A DNA stretch of 64,000 bases from Candidatus Hydrogenedentota bacterium (GTDB taxonomy: Bacteria; Hydrogenedentota; Hydrogenedentia; Hydrogenedentales; SLHB01). The translations under genes were made by a program, and so were the position numbers. Where the stretch lies: the NCBI GenBank assembly GCA_963674865.2, contig CAXXYE010000007.1, positions 64,001 to 128,000 of the forward strand, in the 5' to 3' direction. The notes under the pieces are model-generated. The model was not told where the DNA came from. It saw nothing but the letters and a program-made list of their open reading frames with translations, and did no database searches. This document shows, one piece after another, positions 50,205 to 59,912 of this stretch (within the stretch, counting starts at the first letter, position 1; the number at the start of each line of letters is the position of its first letter).

Positions 50205-50738
50205 GTGATGGCGGAGAATGCCGAAGGCGACGCCCTGTGGAATGAGGCGATGGAGATCCGCCGGCGGTTCAAGGAACTCCACGGCAAGGATGATGAAGAA
50301 TCGCGCCGCGAGCGGGCACGCCTTGAGCAAAGGTATCGGGAGATCGATCGCCTGATGGCGAAGCCGCGCCCGGCGCCGGCGCCGCCGAAGACAACGCGGA
50401 CGCTCGGAGAACAGGATGCCAACGCCATCTGTCATGCCATCGACGAGGCATCCGGCATTACGAACCTGGGCACGGCCTACGCTACACAGGCGACGAACTT
50501 CATCGCCGCGTTGAACGCGAAGGATGTGCGTTCCCTTGGAGACGCGCTCCACGGACTCACCACGATTCCCGACGTCCATTTCGACGAGTTGCTGATTCAG
50601 TTCATCGTCGAGGCCGGTGTTCCGGCAGAGGACCTTCGGGCCCGGATACCGGCCATTGCGCCTGAGTGCAAAATCACGCGCGCGCGAACGCCTGCCATAC
50701 TCGAAGCCGCCGCCAAGCAGATTGAAGCCGGCGCGTAG
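50205..50738 (+). CDS. Hypothetical protein (N-terminal charged coiled coil, Pro linker, helical domain)
   Basis: GAGGGGAG RBS; genome-like codon usage; no recognisable family. Confidence 0.65.
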   Translation: MMAENAEGDALWNEAMEIRRRFKELHGKDDEESRRERARLEQRYREIDRLMAKPRPAPAPPKTTRTLGEQDANAICHAIDEASGITNLGTAYATQATNFIAALNAKDVRSLGDALHGLTTIPDVHFDELLIQFIVEAGVPAEDLRARIPAIAPECKITRARTPAILEAAAKQIEAGA

Positions 50739-50752
50739 AAGGCAACCATTTC

Positions 50753-50914
50753 CGTCTTTCCCGCGTACGCGGGAATCCAGTTAGGCCGCGAGGTGCGTAA
50801 GCAGTCGCGGCCCGGTCTTTCTGAGCCGCGAGGTGCGTAAGCCGTCGCGGCCCCATCGTTCTTAGGCGTTCTCGGTAGTTCCTCTCTGGATGCCCGCTTT
50901 TCGCGGGCATGACG
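50753..50914. repeat. Composite REP/MITE-like element: inverted TTCCCGC-N-GCGGGAAT-type palindromes enclosing two tandem 29-bp hairpins
   Basis: CGTCTTTCCCGCGTACGCGGGAATCCAG (50753-50780) and CTGGATGCCCGCTTTTCGCGGGCATGACG (50886-50914). GCCGCGAGGTGCGTAAGC(A/C)GTCGCGGCCC at 50785 and 50825. Confidence 0.75.
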
Positions 50915-51059
50915 CTGGGGGCAGAGGCAAAGCCGCAGCATCCGTAAGCATGGTTTGCGGCCCCTATGTAAGGAGTGAGAACCTGGGCTGCGGCGTGTGT
51001 TGATTTCGATGCAGGGAACCTCTATCGTCTTGCAGACTTGCCTGTTAGGAGAAGACTCA

Positions 51060-51929
51060 ATGACTTCCTTGTTTTCCCGTCGCGATTTCTTGGCTCGTAG
51101 TGGAGCGTGCGTGCCCGGCATGGCCTGCCTCTTTTCCGCGGCGGCCGGCGCGGCCGAGGCCGTTAAGGATCACCCCTTCGGCCCTGTGATAGTCGATTTT
51201 CACGTGCATCTCGACAACAGCACCATCGAGGACGTGCTTCAGTTATCGAGCGAGCGGAACGTCAAGTTCGGCATCGTCGAGCATGCCGGCACGAAGGAGA
51301 ATGACTATCCGGTGGTGCTCAGCAATGACGAGGAACTCCGGCGCTATCTCGCCATGCTGGAGGGGAAGCCGGTGTTCAAAGGCATCCAGGCGGAGTGGCC
51401 GGACTGGATGGGATGTTTCTCGCGCGAGGCCCTGGCGCAGTTGGACTATGTGCTGTCGGACACGATGACTTGGCCCGGCAAAGGCGGAAAGCGCCAGAAG
51501 ATGTGGGAGCCCGGCTTCGATGCGGGCGATCCCGGGACGTTTATGGATCGATACGTGGATTGGTACGTCGAGATCATGGAGCGGGAGCCGCTCGATATCC
51601 TGGCCAATGTCTCCTGGCTGCCCAAGCCGTTTGCCGCCGACTATGACGCCCTGTGGACGGAGAAGCGCGTGGGCAGAGTCGTCGACACGGCGCTGAAGCA
51701 CGGAATCGCCATCGAGATCAGCTCCGGATTCAAGCTGCCCTCGCTCGCTTTCCTAGAGCAGGCTAAGGCCGCGGGGCTCAAGTTCGCTTTCGGCACGAAC
51801 GGCCGGTATCCAAAGATGGGATTGCTCGACTACTCGCTCAACATGGCTCGTGATCTAGGACTCACTCAACAGGATCTCTTCACGCCCGCGCCGGACGGGC
51901 AGAAGGCCGTGCAGCGAAGGATGGGTTGA
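51060..51929 (+). CDS. Tat-exported PHP-fold protein with atypical metal ligands
   Basis: SRRDFLA; VDFHVHLD; GIVEHAG; KGIQAE; AIEISS; FAFGTNGR. Confidence 0.8.
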   Translation: MTSLFSRRDFLARSGACVPGMACLFSAAAGAAEAVKDHPFGPVIVDFHVHLDNSTIEDVLQLSSERNVKFGIVEHAGTKENDYPVVLSNDEELRRYLAMLEGKPVFKGIQAEWPDWMGCFSREALAQLDYVLSDTMTWPGKGGKRQKMWEPGFDAGDPGTFMDRYVDWYVEIMEREPLDILANVSWLPKPFAADYDALWTEKRVGRVVDTALKHGIAIEISSGFKLPSLAFLEQAKAAGLKFAFGTNGRYPKMGLLDYSLNMARDLGLTQQDLFTPAPDGQKAVQRRMG

Positions 51930-51936
51930 ATCCCTT

Positions 51937-52677
51937 ATGCGCACGAAAGCGACTTCAGCGGGCAGGCACCGGCCTCAGGGACTCACGATACTGCACGAAG
52001 ATCGGGATATCCTGGTGGTGGACAAGGCTCCCGGCCTCTTGACGATGGGCACCGACAAGGAGAAGACAAGAACGGCCTACTACCGGCTGACGGATTACAT
52101 TCGAAAGGGCTACGCCAAGTCCCGAAAGCGCATTTTCATCGTCCACCGCCTGGATCGAGAGGCCTCCGGGATTCTCGTCTTCGCAAAGACCGCTGCGGCC
52201 AAGACCTCTCTGCAAAACCAGTGGGAGGACGTGGAGAAGAAGTATCTCGCGGTTGTTCATGGCAGGCTCAAAGACAAGACAGGGACTATCTCAACCTACC
52301 TGACGGAAAACCGCGCGCACGTAGTGTACTCCACGCCCGATCCCAAGAAGGGAAAGCTCTCGCACACGGAGTATAGTGTCCTGAAAGAGACGAGGGCGTT
52401 TAGTCTGCTGGAGATCGCCTTGTTAACCGGCAGGAAGCATCAGATACGCGTGCACCTTTCTGAAAGCGGCCACCCGATTGTCGGCGATAAGAAGTATGGC
52501 GGCAAGGATCGAGCACACAAACGCCTGGCGCTTCATGCCCAATCGATTTCATTCAAGCACCCTTTCAGCCGCAAGCAAGTTACCTTCGAGTCCTCCGTGC
52601 CCGAGTACTTCGGTAGGCTCGTCGGCGGCACGGGACGAGAAGTCCCCGCGCCTTCTCCGGAAACGCCTTCGATATGA
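51937..52677 (+). CDS. RluA-family RNA pseudouridine synthase
   Basis: VVDKAPGL, VHRLDREASG, TGRKHQIRVH, PIVGDKKYG, LALHA. Confidence 0.95.
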   Translation: MRTKATSAGRHRPQGLTILHEDRDILVVDKAPGLLTMGTDKEKTRTAYYRLTDYIRKGYAKSRKRIFIVHRLDREASGILVFAKTAAAKTSLQNQWEDVEKKYLAVVHGRLKDKTGTISTYLTENRAHVVYSTPDPKKGKLSHTEYSVLKETRAFSLLEIALLTGRKHQIRVHLSESGHPIVGDKKYGGKDRAHKRLALHAQSISFKHPFSRKQVTFESSVPEYFGRLVGGTGREVPAPSPETPSI

Positions 52678-54584
52678 TCCGTCATCCCGACTCCAGTTCC
52701 GCCGGACAGGCCGGCGATAAGAAGTCCCCGTCCATGCGCCCAAGGCCGAAGAGCAGGCGCATGCCGCCGCGCGGGAAGCCGAGAAGGCCCCTGCACCACG
52801 CGCCGCAGCCTGGCGAGGATGCCCTGCCCATGTCGCGCGAGGAGATGGAGCGCCGGGGCTGGGAGGAATTGGACGTTCTGCTCGTGACGGGCGACGCCTA
52901 CGTGGATCATCCTTCCTTCGGCGCGGCGCTGCTCGGGCGTTGGCTCTGCGCCAAGGGACTACGCGTCGGCATCGTCGCCCAGCCTCGATGGGACGGGCCG
53001 GCGGATATCGAGCGTATGGGACGTCCCCGCCTCTTCGCCGGTGTGACGGCAGGTGCGATGGACTCCATGTTGGCCCATTACACGGCGTTCCGGAAGAAGC
53101 GCCGCGGTGACGCCTACACGCCCGGCGGCCGCGCCGGTGCGCGGCCCAATCGCGCCGGTATCGTGTACACGGGCCTCGTGCGCCATGCCTTTCCCGGCCT
53201 GCCGGTAGTCGTGGGGGGCATCGAGGCATCGCTCCGCCGCGCTACGCACTATGATTTCTGGACGGAGAAGCTCCGCCGCTCCATGCTGCTCGACAGCAAG
53301 GCCGATCTCCTTGTCTACGGCATGGCCGAGCGGACCATTCTCGAGGTCGCCCGGCGTCTCCAGGCGAGTCCGCCCGACGGAACGCCCCTTCCGGACGCCC
53401 TGCACGGTATCCGGGGCGCCGCATTCGCGGTATCTTCGCTCGACGCCTTGTTGGCCTCGCCCCACGGCCCAGGCCGAAGCGGCGTCATCACGCTGCCGTC
53501 GCACGAAGCTATCCTGGGTGATGCCAAGAAACTCATGGAGGCCACGCTGGCGATTGAGCGCCAAGTCCACCAGGGCGTCGAGTGGGCCACGCAGGGGAGT
53601 GGCAATCGACACCTGGTGTTGACGCCTCCTGCGGAGCCTCTCGCCGCAGATGAGTTGGACGCGCTCTACGCCTTGCCCTTCACCCGGCAGCCTCACCCGT
53701 CCTACAGCAAACCTATCCCCGCCGCCGGCATGATCCGGTTCAGCGTTACCTCGCATCGCGGATGCGCCGGGGGATGCACCTTCTGCTCCATTGCGCTGCA
53801 CCAAGGCCGTCGAATCCGCTCGCGAAGCGCTCCGTCCCTGGAAGAGGAAGTCCGAACGCTAACGCGCCATCCCGACTGGGCCGGGAGTATCTCGGACGTG
53901 GGCGGCCCCACGGCTAACATGTGGGGCGCGCGCTGCGCGGCCGACCCCTCGTCATGCAAACGCCCCGACTGTCTCACGCCTGAGGTATGCCGGCATTTCG
54001 AGATGGACGGCGAAGCGCTAGTCCGGCTGTTGCGGACGCTCCGCGCCGTGGAAGGCGTCAAACACCTGCGCGTCGCCAGTGGCGTGCGCTACGACCTCGC
54101 CGAGGAAGAAGATCCATATCTCGGCGCCCTCGTGAGAGAGTTCGTGGGCGGGCAATTGACGATTGCGCCGGAACACCTGAGCGCTCACGTGCTCCGGCTC
54201 ATGCGCAAGCCTGCGTTCGAGGCCTTCGAGAAGTTCCTTTGCCTTTTCGAGCGGGAGTCGCGCCGCGCACACAAAAAGCAATACGTGATTCCCTACCTTA
54301 TCAGCGCCTTTCCCGGCTGCACCGACGAAGACATGCACCGCCTCGCCCGGTGGCTTCAAGAGCGTGGATGGAAGCCCCGCCAGGTACAATGCTTCATTCC
54401 CACCCCCGGCACTGTCGCCACGGCCATGTACTACGCCGGCATCGATCCCGCCGGCAATCCCATCCCCGTCGCCCGCACCGACAAAGAGCGCCTGCGCCAG
54501 CACGGCATTCTAGTTCAAGAACACGACTCGCCTGGGAGCGGGTCCTCTGGCAGTAAACGTTCAGGTTGTCCGGGTAGAGGATAG
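52674..54584 (+). CDS. YgiQ-family (UPF0313) radical SAM protein
   Basis: VTGDAYVDHPSFG, GGIEASLRR, HRGCAGGCTFC, SDVGGPTANM, SGVRYDL, QVQCFIPTPGTVATAMYY. Confidence 0.95.
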   Translation: MIRHPDSSSAGQAGDKKSPSMRPRPKSRRMPPRGKPRRPLHHAPQPGEDALPMSREEMERRGWEELDVLLVTGDAYVDHPSFGAALLGRWLCAKGLRVGIVAQPRWDGPADIERMGRPRLFAGVTAGAMDSMLAHYTAFRKKRRGDAYTPGGRAGARPNRAGIVYTGLVRHAFPGLPVVVGGIEASLRRATHYDFWTEKLRRSMLLDSKADLLVYGMAERTILEVARRLQASPPDGTPLPDALHGIRGAAFAVSSLDALLASPHGPGRSGVITLPSHEAILGDAKKLMEATLAIERQVHQGVEWATQGSGNRHLVLTPPAEPLAADELDALYALPFTRQPHPSYSKPIPAAGMIRFSVTSHRGCAGGCTFCSIALHQGRRIRSRSAPSLEEEVRTLTRHPDWAGSISDVGGPTANMWGARCAADPSSCKRPDCLTPEVCRHFEMDGEALVRLLRTLRAVEGVKHLRVASGVRYDLAEEEDPYLGALVREFVGGQLTIAPEHLSAHVLRLMRKPAFEAFEKFLCLFERESRRAHKKQYVIPYLISAFPGCTDEDMHRLARWLQERGWKPRQVQCFIPTPGTVATAMYYAGIDPAGNPIPVARTDKERLRQHGILVQEHDSPGSGSSGSKRSGCPGRG

Positions 54585-54746
54585 CCTGCTTGCACACTGC
54601 CTGGCGCGCTGGATCCGGGGGATTCACGGCATTCAGAGGATTCCTGGCACCGGCCGCAATGGTTCGGGTGTATACTCAAGGAATTGAGGATGCTACTCTG
54701 GGGATCTATACTGTGTGAACGACAACTACGGCCGGGGGACACAGAC

Positions 54747-55673
54747 ATGATTGGCAAGATTCAGCGTATTAGGCTCAGGGAAGTGTGGAAGCACGAAGCC
54801 TTGGATTTCACGACATGGGTGGAGAACAACATAGATGCCTTGAACGATGCATTAGATCTTTCGCTGCAAAATGTGGAGCGCGAGCAGAACGCGGGTGCTT
54901 TCAGCGTTGACCTAGTTGCCGAAGACGAGACCGGTAACATCGTGATTATTGAGAACCAGCTTGAGAGAAGCAACCACGACCACCTCGGCAAGCTCATTAC
55001 TTATCTGACAGCGCTGGAGGCGAAGGCTGCTATATGGATTGTGTCGGAGCCTCGCCCAGAGCACGTGAAGGCCGTGGCTTGGCTTAACGAAAGTAGTTCA
55101 GCCGCCTTTTACCTCGTGAAAGTAGAGGCCATCAAGATCGGGGAGTCGCCACCAGCCCCGCTGCTAACACTCATTACAGGACCCAGTGCTGAAGCGGCGG
55201 AAGCCGGAAAGACAAAGAAGGAACTCGCGGAGCGATACTCCATCCGCAAACGATTCTGGAGCGGCTTGCTTGACAGGGCCAAGGGGAAGACGAAACTGCA
55301 TGCAAATATATCGCCTGGTGAATACAACTGGGTCGGGACATCGGCGGGGATGTCTGGACTGTGGTTCAACTATACTATACGGCAGCACGACGGACAGGCC
55401 GAGCTCTATATTGATGTTGATAAGGACAGCGGTGAAGGTAATACCAAGATTCTGAATGAGCTTCTTCAACACAAGCAGGCGATTGAAGAGCAGTTCAAAG
55501 GCACGCTTGAGTGGGAGTCACTTGAGGGCAGGCGTGCCTGCCGGATAAGGAAGACAGTGGGCATCGGTGGATGGCGGGATGAAGAGAAATGGCCAGACCT
55601 TCAGGAGGCGATGACGGATGCGATGGTTCAGCTCGAGAAGGCTCTACGCCCATACCTGAAAAAGCTTGGATAA
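54747..55673 (+). CDS. DUF4268-containing protein with N-terminal PD-(D/E)xK/NucS-like domain
   Basis: LREVWKHEALDFTTW, VDLVAED...IIENQLERSNHDHLGKLITY, C-terminal LEWESLEGRRACRI. Lower GC than the flanks (one 60-nt line counted at 29/60). Confidence 0.85.
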   Translation: MIGKIQRIRLREVWKHEALDFTTWVENNIDALNDALDLSLQNVEREQNAGAFSVDLVAEDETGNIVIIENQLERSNHDHLGKLITYLTALEAKAAIWIVSEPRPEHVKAVAWLNESSSAAFYLVKVEAIKIGESPPAPLLTLITGPSAEAAEAGKTKKELAERYSIRKRFWSGLLDRAKGKTKLHANISPGEYNWVGTSAGMSGLWFNYTIRQHDGQAELYIDVDKDSGEGNTKILNELLQHKQAIEEQFKGTLEWESLEGRRACRIRKTVGIGGWRDEEKWPDLQEAMTDAMVQLEKALRPYLKKLG

Positions 55674-55923
55674 GACTAAGTGCATTCGTATTATGTGGAT
55701 ACTCTCTTCCAGGCCATGTCTGGAGTCTTCTACCATCGCTTTCAACCTGGGGCAGAAATACATTCGGCCGAGCAACCTACTTCGGCAGAGTGAGTCTGTT
55801 CGCGACACGGCGATCTAGCCCCATTGGGGCTCATCGCTGACTTACGGTGGACTTACGGGGCAGTTCCGCAAAGAAGAAGGCCAGAGCCCTCTTTTGGAAG
55901 ACACTGGCCTACAAAGACTTAAA

Positions 55924-56001
55924 TGGCGGGGACGACGAGGCTCGAACTCGCGACCTCCGGCGTGACAGGCCGGCGCTCTAAACCAACTGAGCTACGCCCC
56001 C
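55924..56001 (-). tRNA. tRNA-Asp (GTC)
   Basis: GGGGGCGTAGCTCAGTTGGTTTAGAGCGCCGGCCTGTCACGCCGGAGGTCGCGAGTTCGAGCCTCGTCGTCCCCGCCA folds as a cloverleaf with anticodon GTC and encoded CCA. Confidence 0.98.
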
Positions 56002-56084
56002 GCAACGGGGGGGTGGACCTCATAGGGGGCCTACCCAAGCGCCGGAAATATACCACGCGCCACAGCCAAGTTTCAACTTGCATG

Positions 56085-57095
56085 TCAGGCGTTGTATGCC
56101 GTTCCCGACGCCACGAACACGATGGTGTCGCCTTCTTTGAGCATCGGCAAGTCGGGCACGTCGAAGTAGTCGCCATCGCGATAGACGCGCATTACGGCGG
56201 CGCCTTGGATCTCGCCGGGGCGCTTGCCGATTTCCTCCGGGCGCACCGCTCGCTCATCCAATTGCAGCGCGCCCCCTACGCTTAGAATATCCTGCATCGT
56301 CTCAACCAGGTGGGAGTGAGCTTGCCTCGTGGCCGCCGCCATGAGGTTGCCGCCCGCCGCCGCGGGGGAGATGATGACGTTCGCGCCGCTGCGTTCGAGG
56401 AGCTTGACGTTCTCGGCCTCGTGGCACATGGCGATCACCTGGGCCTGTGGATTCAGGTCGCGCACCGTCAAGGCGATGAGCACGGCCGTGTCATCCCGGC
56501 CCGGGCAGATGAGCACGTGGGCCACGCGATCAATCGCCACGGACTTCAGCACACTCTCGTGTGCGGCGTCGCCACTCACCGACACGACGCCGAGGTCGGC
56601 CGCGTCTTTCAACGATGCTTCGCTCGTGGCGAGCACGACGATCTGATCCGCCGGCGTGCCTTGCAGCAGCAGCTCCTGAATCGCCGCGCGCCCCGTCGCC
56701 CCGTATCCGCAGACAATTACATGATCATGCAGCTTATCGACCGCGCGCTTCATGCGGTAATCCTCCTGAAACCGTTTGATGATCAGTTGGTAGGCGGTGC
56801 CGAAGAACATGAAAATCACGATGAAGCGAACCGGCGTCAGCAAAAAGGCATCCGCCAGGCGCGGCCCCGTGCCCACGGGCACGATGTCGCCGTAGCCTAC
56901 CGTTGTGATGGTGACGAAGGTGAAGTATACGCAATCCAAGAAGCGCGCCGGACGCCCCGTCTCTTTGTCTATTAGGCCGCCTTCCCAATAGAGGCCAAGG
57001 ACAGTCACGCACAATAGGAGTATGACAAGTGTCAGACGTAGCAGGAGGGTGTGGACCCCGGGCAGACGCACTGGTGTGTAGAGCTTCCCCGCCAT
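56085..57095 (-). CDS. Potassium channel with RCK (TrkA-N) domain
   Basis: Selectivity filter TITTVGYGD between two TM helices; HVIVCGYGATG. Confidence 0.93.
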   Translation of the reverse strand: MAGKLYTPVRLPGVHTLLLRLTLVILLLCVTVLGLYWEGGLIDKETGRPARFLDCVYFTFVTITTVGYGDIVPVGTGPRLADAFLLTPVRFIVIFMFFGTAYQLIIKRFQEDYRMKRAVDKLHDHVIVCGYGATGRAAIQELLLQGTPADQIVVLATSEASLKDAADLGVVSVSGDAAHESVLKSVAIDRVAHVLICPGRDDTAVLIALTVRDLNPQAQVIAMCHEAENVKLLERSGANVIISPAAAGGNLMAAATRQAHSHLVETMQDILSVGGALQLDERAVRPEEIGKRPGEIQGAAVMRVYRDGDYFDVPDLPMLKEGDTIVFVASGTAYNA

Positions 57096-57367
57096 GGCTA
57101 ACAGCATACGAAATCTGCCGGGGAAATCAAGCCCCCGGTGGCAGGTGAGTTCGTCATGCGCCGCGAGGCCCCGGGAACTCCCGCCTTCAAAGGGGGATTC
57201 CAGAGATAAAGAGAAACTCTAGTGTGTGCATAGTTAGTATAATTAGCATTTTGTGGCCGGGAGGGATGGGAGACTTTCTGTCAACTCATTTTCCCCAACC
57301 TGTGGAGTCATCGAGACCCACTTACACCACTGCTTGACCTCGGCCTATCCAATTACACAATATTTGG

Positions 57368-57396
57368 TTGCGTGATTTGCCCCGCCATGGTAGAAT
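57368..57396 (+). promoter_or_regulatory. ftsK promoter
   Basis: TTGCGT, 17-bp spacer, TAGAAT with an extended -10 TG. Confidence 0.6.
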
Positions 57397-57437
57397 GGCT
57401 TCAGGGAGGGGAGAACTCTTTGCCGGAGGTGTGCTAG

Positions 57438-59912
57438 ATGAGTTTTCTGGGGAGGCTCCAGCCGGAGCGCCGCCTAGAGATCCTTGGCGTGCTTATGCTC
57501 GCCCTCACCGCCGCTCTGTTTATCGCCCTCGTCACCGACGGCCACCAGGGCCAGATCCGCCGGCCTCTCGAGGAGCTGGCCAAGGTGCCCAACGCGCTTG
57601 GAGCGCCCGGGGCCGTGACGGCGGGATTCCTGTATATCCTCGTGGGGCATGCCGCCCACGTCATCTACTTCCTCACGTGTGTCTGGGGCCTGATGCTCAT
57701 CAGCCACCGCCCCCTGGATCGCCTCGGCGGGCGGTGCCTCGGGAGCTTGCTCCTGGTGTTCTCCATTGCCGCGCTGCTCCACGTGGACTTCGCCGCGCCG
57801 GACGCGGGCAACATCCCCGGTGGGATGATCGGCTCCTTCTTCGCAAGCATCATCGCGCCGACCTTTGGCGTTATCGGTGCGAACGTGTTCACCATCACGC
57901 TGGCCGCCGTGGGCATTCTCCTGGCGACCGAATTCCTGCTCATTCGTTTTCTCGATAAGCTCCGCACCGTCACAACCGTGACGCTCATCGCTTGGGCAAA
58001 CATGCTACGAGTCCTCTATGAGCGATGGCGGGAGCGCCGAGAGCGCCGGGCCGAGGCGGCCGAGCAGAAGGCTGAGTCGGAGGACGTCCCCGCCAAACCA
58101 CGGCGGCGTCTTTTCGCCCTTGCCGGTGGGAAGTTAAAAGGAGACGCCGACAAGCCGCGCGATCTCAGCGAGATCCGCATACGGCCCGAAGTGGATGCTT
58201 CGCGGGAATCCGAGCCGCCCTTTGCGCCCGTGCCCGAGGTAGCGTCAACTGCGGAGGCGCCGGCGGAAGCGGAAGCACCGAAGGTGGTGGCGACGGCGGA
58301 AGAACCGGATGACGAGCGCCAACTCGAGATCGTCGCCGAGGAGCCCGTGAGCGCCAAACCGGCCGCCGAAACAGCCAAGCCCGAGATCAAGCGATTGCCG
58401 CGGCGCCGGACGCCGGTGGATGAAATCCCCGCCGATTACGTCTATCCCAAGCGATACACCCGGCCTCGCGTAGACTTGTTGACTAAGCCTAACAAGCCTC
58501 AGATTACCGATTTGGGGGATCAACTACGAGCAACGAGCGCCCTGCTCGAAGACACATTGCAGACCTTCGGCATCGAGGCCCGCGTAACCGATGTCACGCG
58601 AGGGCCCACCATCACCCGCTTTGAGATTCAGCCCGCGCCGGGCGTCAAGGTGAGCCGGTTTCACTCCCTCGCTGATGACATCGCCCTCGCGCTCAAGGCC
58701 CATCGCGTGCGTGTCGTCGCGCCTATCCCCGGGAAGGGTCGCGTCGGCATCGAAGTGCCCAACAAGCACCGCGAGCCTGTGGTCCTGCGCGAGCTTATCG
58801 AGTCGCAGATGTTCCGCAGGGCGCCGTGCCGCCTGCCTCTCACGCTTGGCAAGGACATCGCGGGCGATTCCGTTGTCACCGGCTTGGCCGAGATGCCGCA
58901 TCTTCTCGTGGCCGGCGCCACCGGCGCGGGGAAGACCGTGTGCGTCAAAGCGCTGCTGGCCAGTCTGCTGTTCAGCAGGACGCCCGACGAACTGCAACTG
59001 ATGCTCATCGACCCGAAGATGGTCGAACTCTCCATCTTCAACGACATCCCGCACCTGATCACCCCCGTCGTGACGGATCCGAAGAAAGCATCGTCCGCCC
59101 TCAACTGGCTCATCGTCGAGATGAACGAGCGCTACCGCCTGTTCAGCCACCTGCGCGTGCGCAACATCGAGATTTACAATGCCAGTGTCGAGAACGGCGA
59201 GATCGAGATGCCTCAGGGGCAGGGCGGCAGCGAATCCGTGAGCGTCATCCGCAAGCTTCCGTATATCGTCTGTGTCATCGACGAGTTGGCCGACCTGATG
59301 ATGCTCGCCCGGGCCGAGGTCGAGGACGCCATCGGGCGCCTGGCACAACTCGCCCGGGCCGTCGGCATCCACCTTATCATCGCCACGCAGCGCCCCTCGG
59401 TGGACGTGCTTACCGGCGTGATCAAGGCCAATTTTCCCGCCCGCATCTCCTTCCAGGTGTCATCGCGCGTGGACTCCCGGTGCATCCTGGATGAGATCGG
59501 CGCCGAGCGCCTTATCGGCCGCGGCGACATGCTCTATCTGCCTGCCGGGCAGGCCAAACCCACGCGCATCCAAGGCGCCTTCGTCAGCGATGAAGAGATG
59601 ATGGCGCTCATCGGATACCTCAAGACCCAGGCCCCGCCGCAGTATCGCGATGAGATCGAGAACTTCGGCAAGAGCGATGCCTTAACCGACCTTGAAGACG
59701 AGACGGATGAACTACTCGACGAGGCCGTTCAAGTCGTCCTCGATACGGGGCAGGCCTCCATTTCAATGGTGCAAAGAAAGCTTCGTGTAGGATACACTAG
59801 AGCTGCCCGGCTGATTGACATGATGGAAATCAGGGGGATCGTCGGGCCGCATATCGGGAGCAAAGCGCGCGAGATTCTCGTAGACTTGCCGCGTACGGAC
59901 GAGGTCGCATGA
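57438..59912 (+). CDS. ftsK: DNA translocase FtsK/SpoIIIE
   Basis: N-terminal TM domain, PHLLVAGATGAGKT, IDPKMVEL, IDELADLM, ATQRPSVDV, gamma domain QRKLRVGYTRAARLID. Confidence 0.97.
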   Translation: MSFLGRLQPERRLEILGVLMLALTAALFIALVTDGHQGQIRRPLEELAKVPNALGAPGAVTAGFLYILVGHAAHVIYFLTCVWGLMLISHRPLDRLGGRCLGSLLLVFSIAALLHVDFAAPDAGNIPGGMIGSFFASIIAPTFGVIGANVFTITLAAVGILLATEFLLIRFLDKLRTVTTVTLIAWANMLRVLYERWRERRERRAEAAEQKAESEDVPAKPRRRLFALAGGKLKGDADKPRDLSEIRIRPEVDASRESEPPFAPVPEVASTAEAPAEAEAPKVVATAEEPDDERQLEIVAEEPVSAKPAAETAKPEIKRLPRRRTPVDEIPADYVYPKRYTRPRVDLLTKPNKPQITDLGDQLRATSALLEDTLQTFGIEARVTDVTRGPTITRFEIQPAPGVKVSRFHSLADDIALALKAHRVRVVAPIPGKGRVGIEVPNKHREPVVLRELIESQMFRRAPCRLPLTLGKDIAGDSVVTGLAEMPHLLVAGATGAGKTVCVKALLASLLFSRTPDELQLMLIDPKMVELSIFNDIPHLITPVVTDPKKASSALNWLIVEMNERYRLFSHLRVRNIEIYNASVENGEIEMPQGQGGSESVSVIRKLPYIVCVIDELADLMMLARAEVEDAIGRLAQLARAVGIHLIIATQRPSVDVLTGVIKANFPARISFQVSSRVDSRCILDEIGAERLIGRGDMLYLPAGQAKPTRIQGAFVSDEEMMALIGYLKTQAPPQYRDEIENFGKSDALTDLEDETDELLDEAVQVVLDTGQASISMVQRKLRVGYTRAARLIDMMEIRGIVGPHIGSKAREILVDLPRTDEVA

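Noticed and set aside
50785..50853. Two 29-bp palindromic direct repeats as a possible mini-CRISPR
   Set aside because: Only two units, an 11-bp spacer and no cas genes; they sit inside a REP-like element.
48000..55920. One large integrated island bounded by tRNA-Asp
   Set aside because: No duplicate of the tRNA 3' end and no integrase found; most genes have genome-typical GC.
57200..57360. AT-rich region upstream of ftsK as a possible oriC
   Set aside because: No cluster of good DnaA boxes and no dnaA nearby; better explained as divergent promoters.
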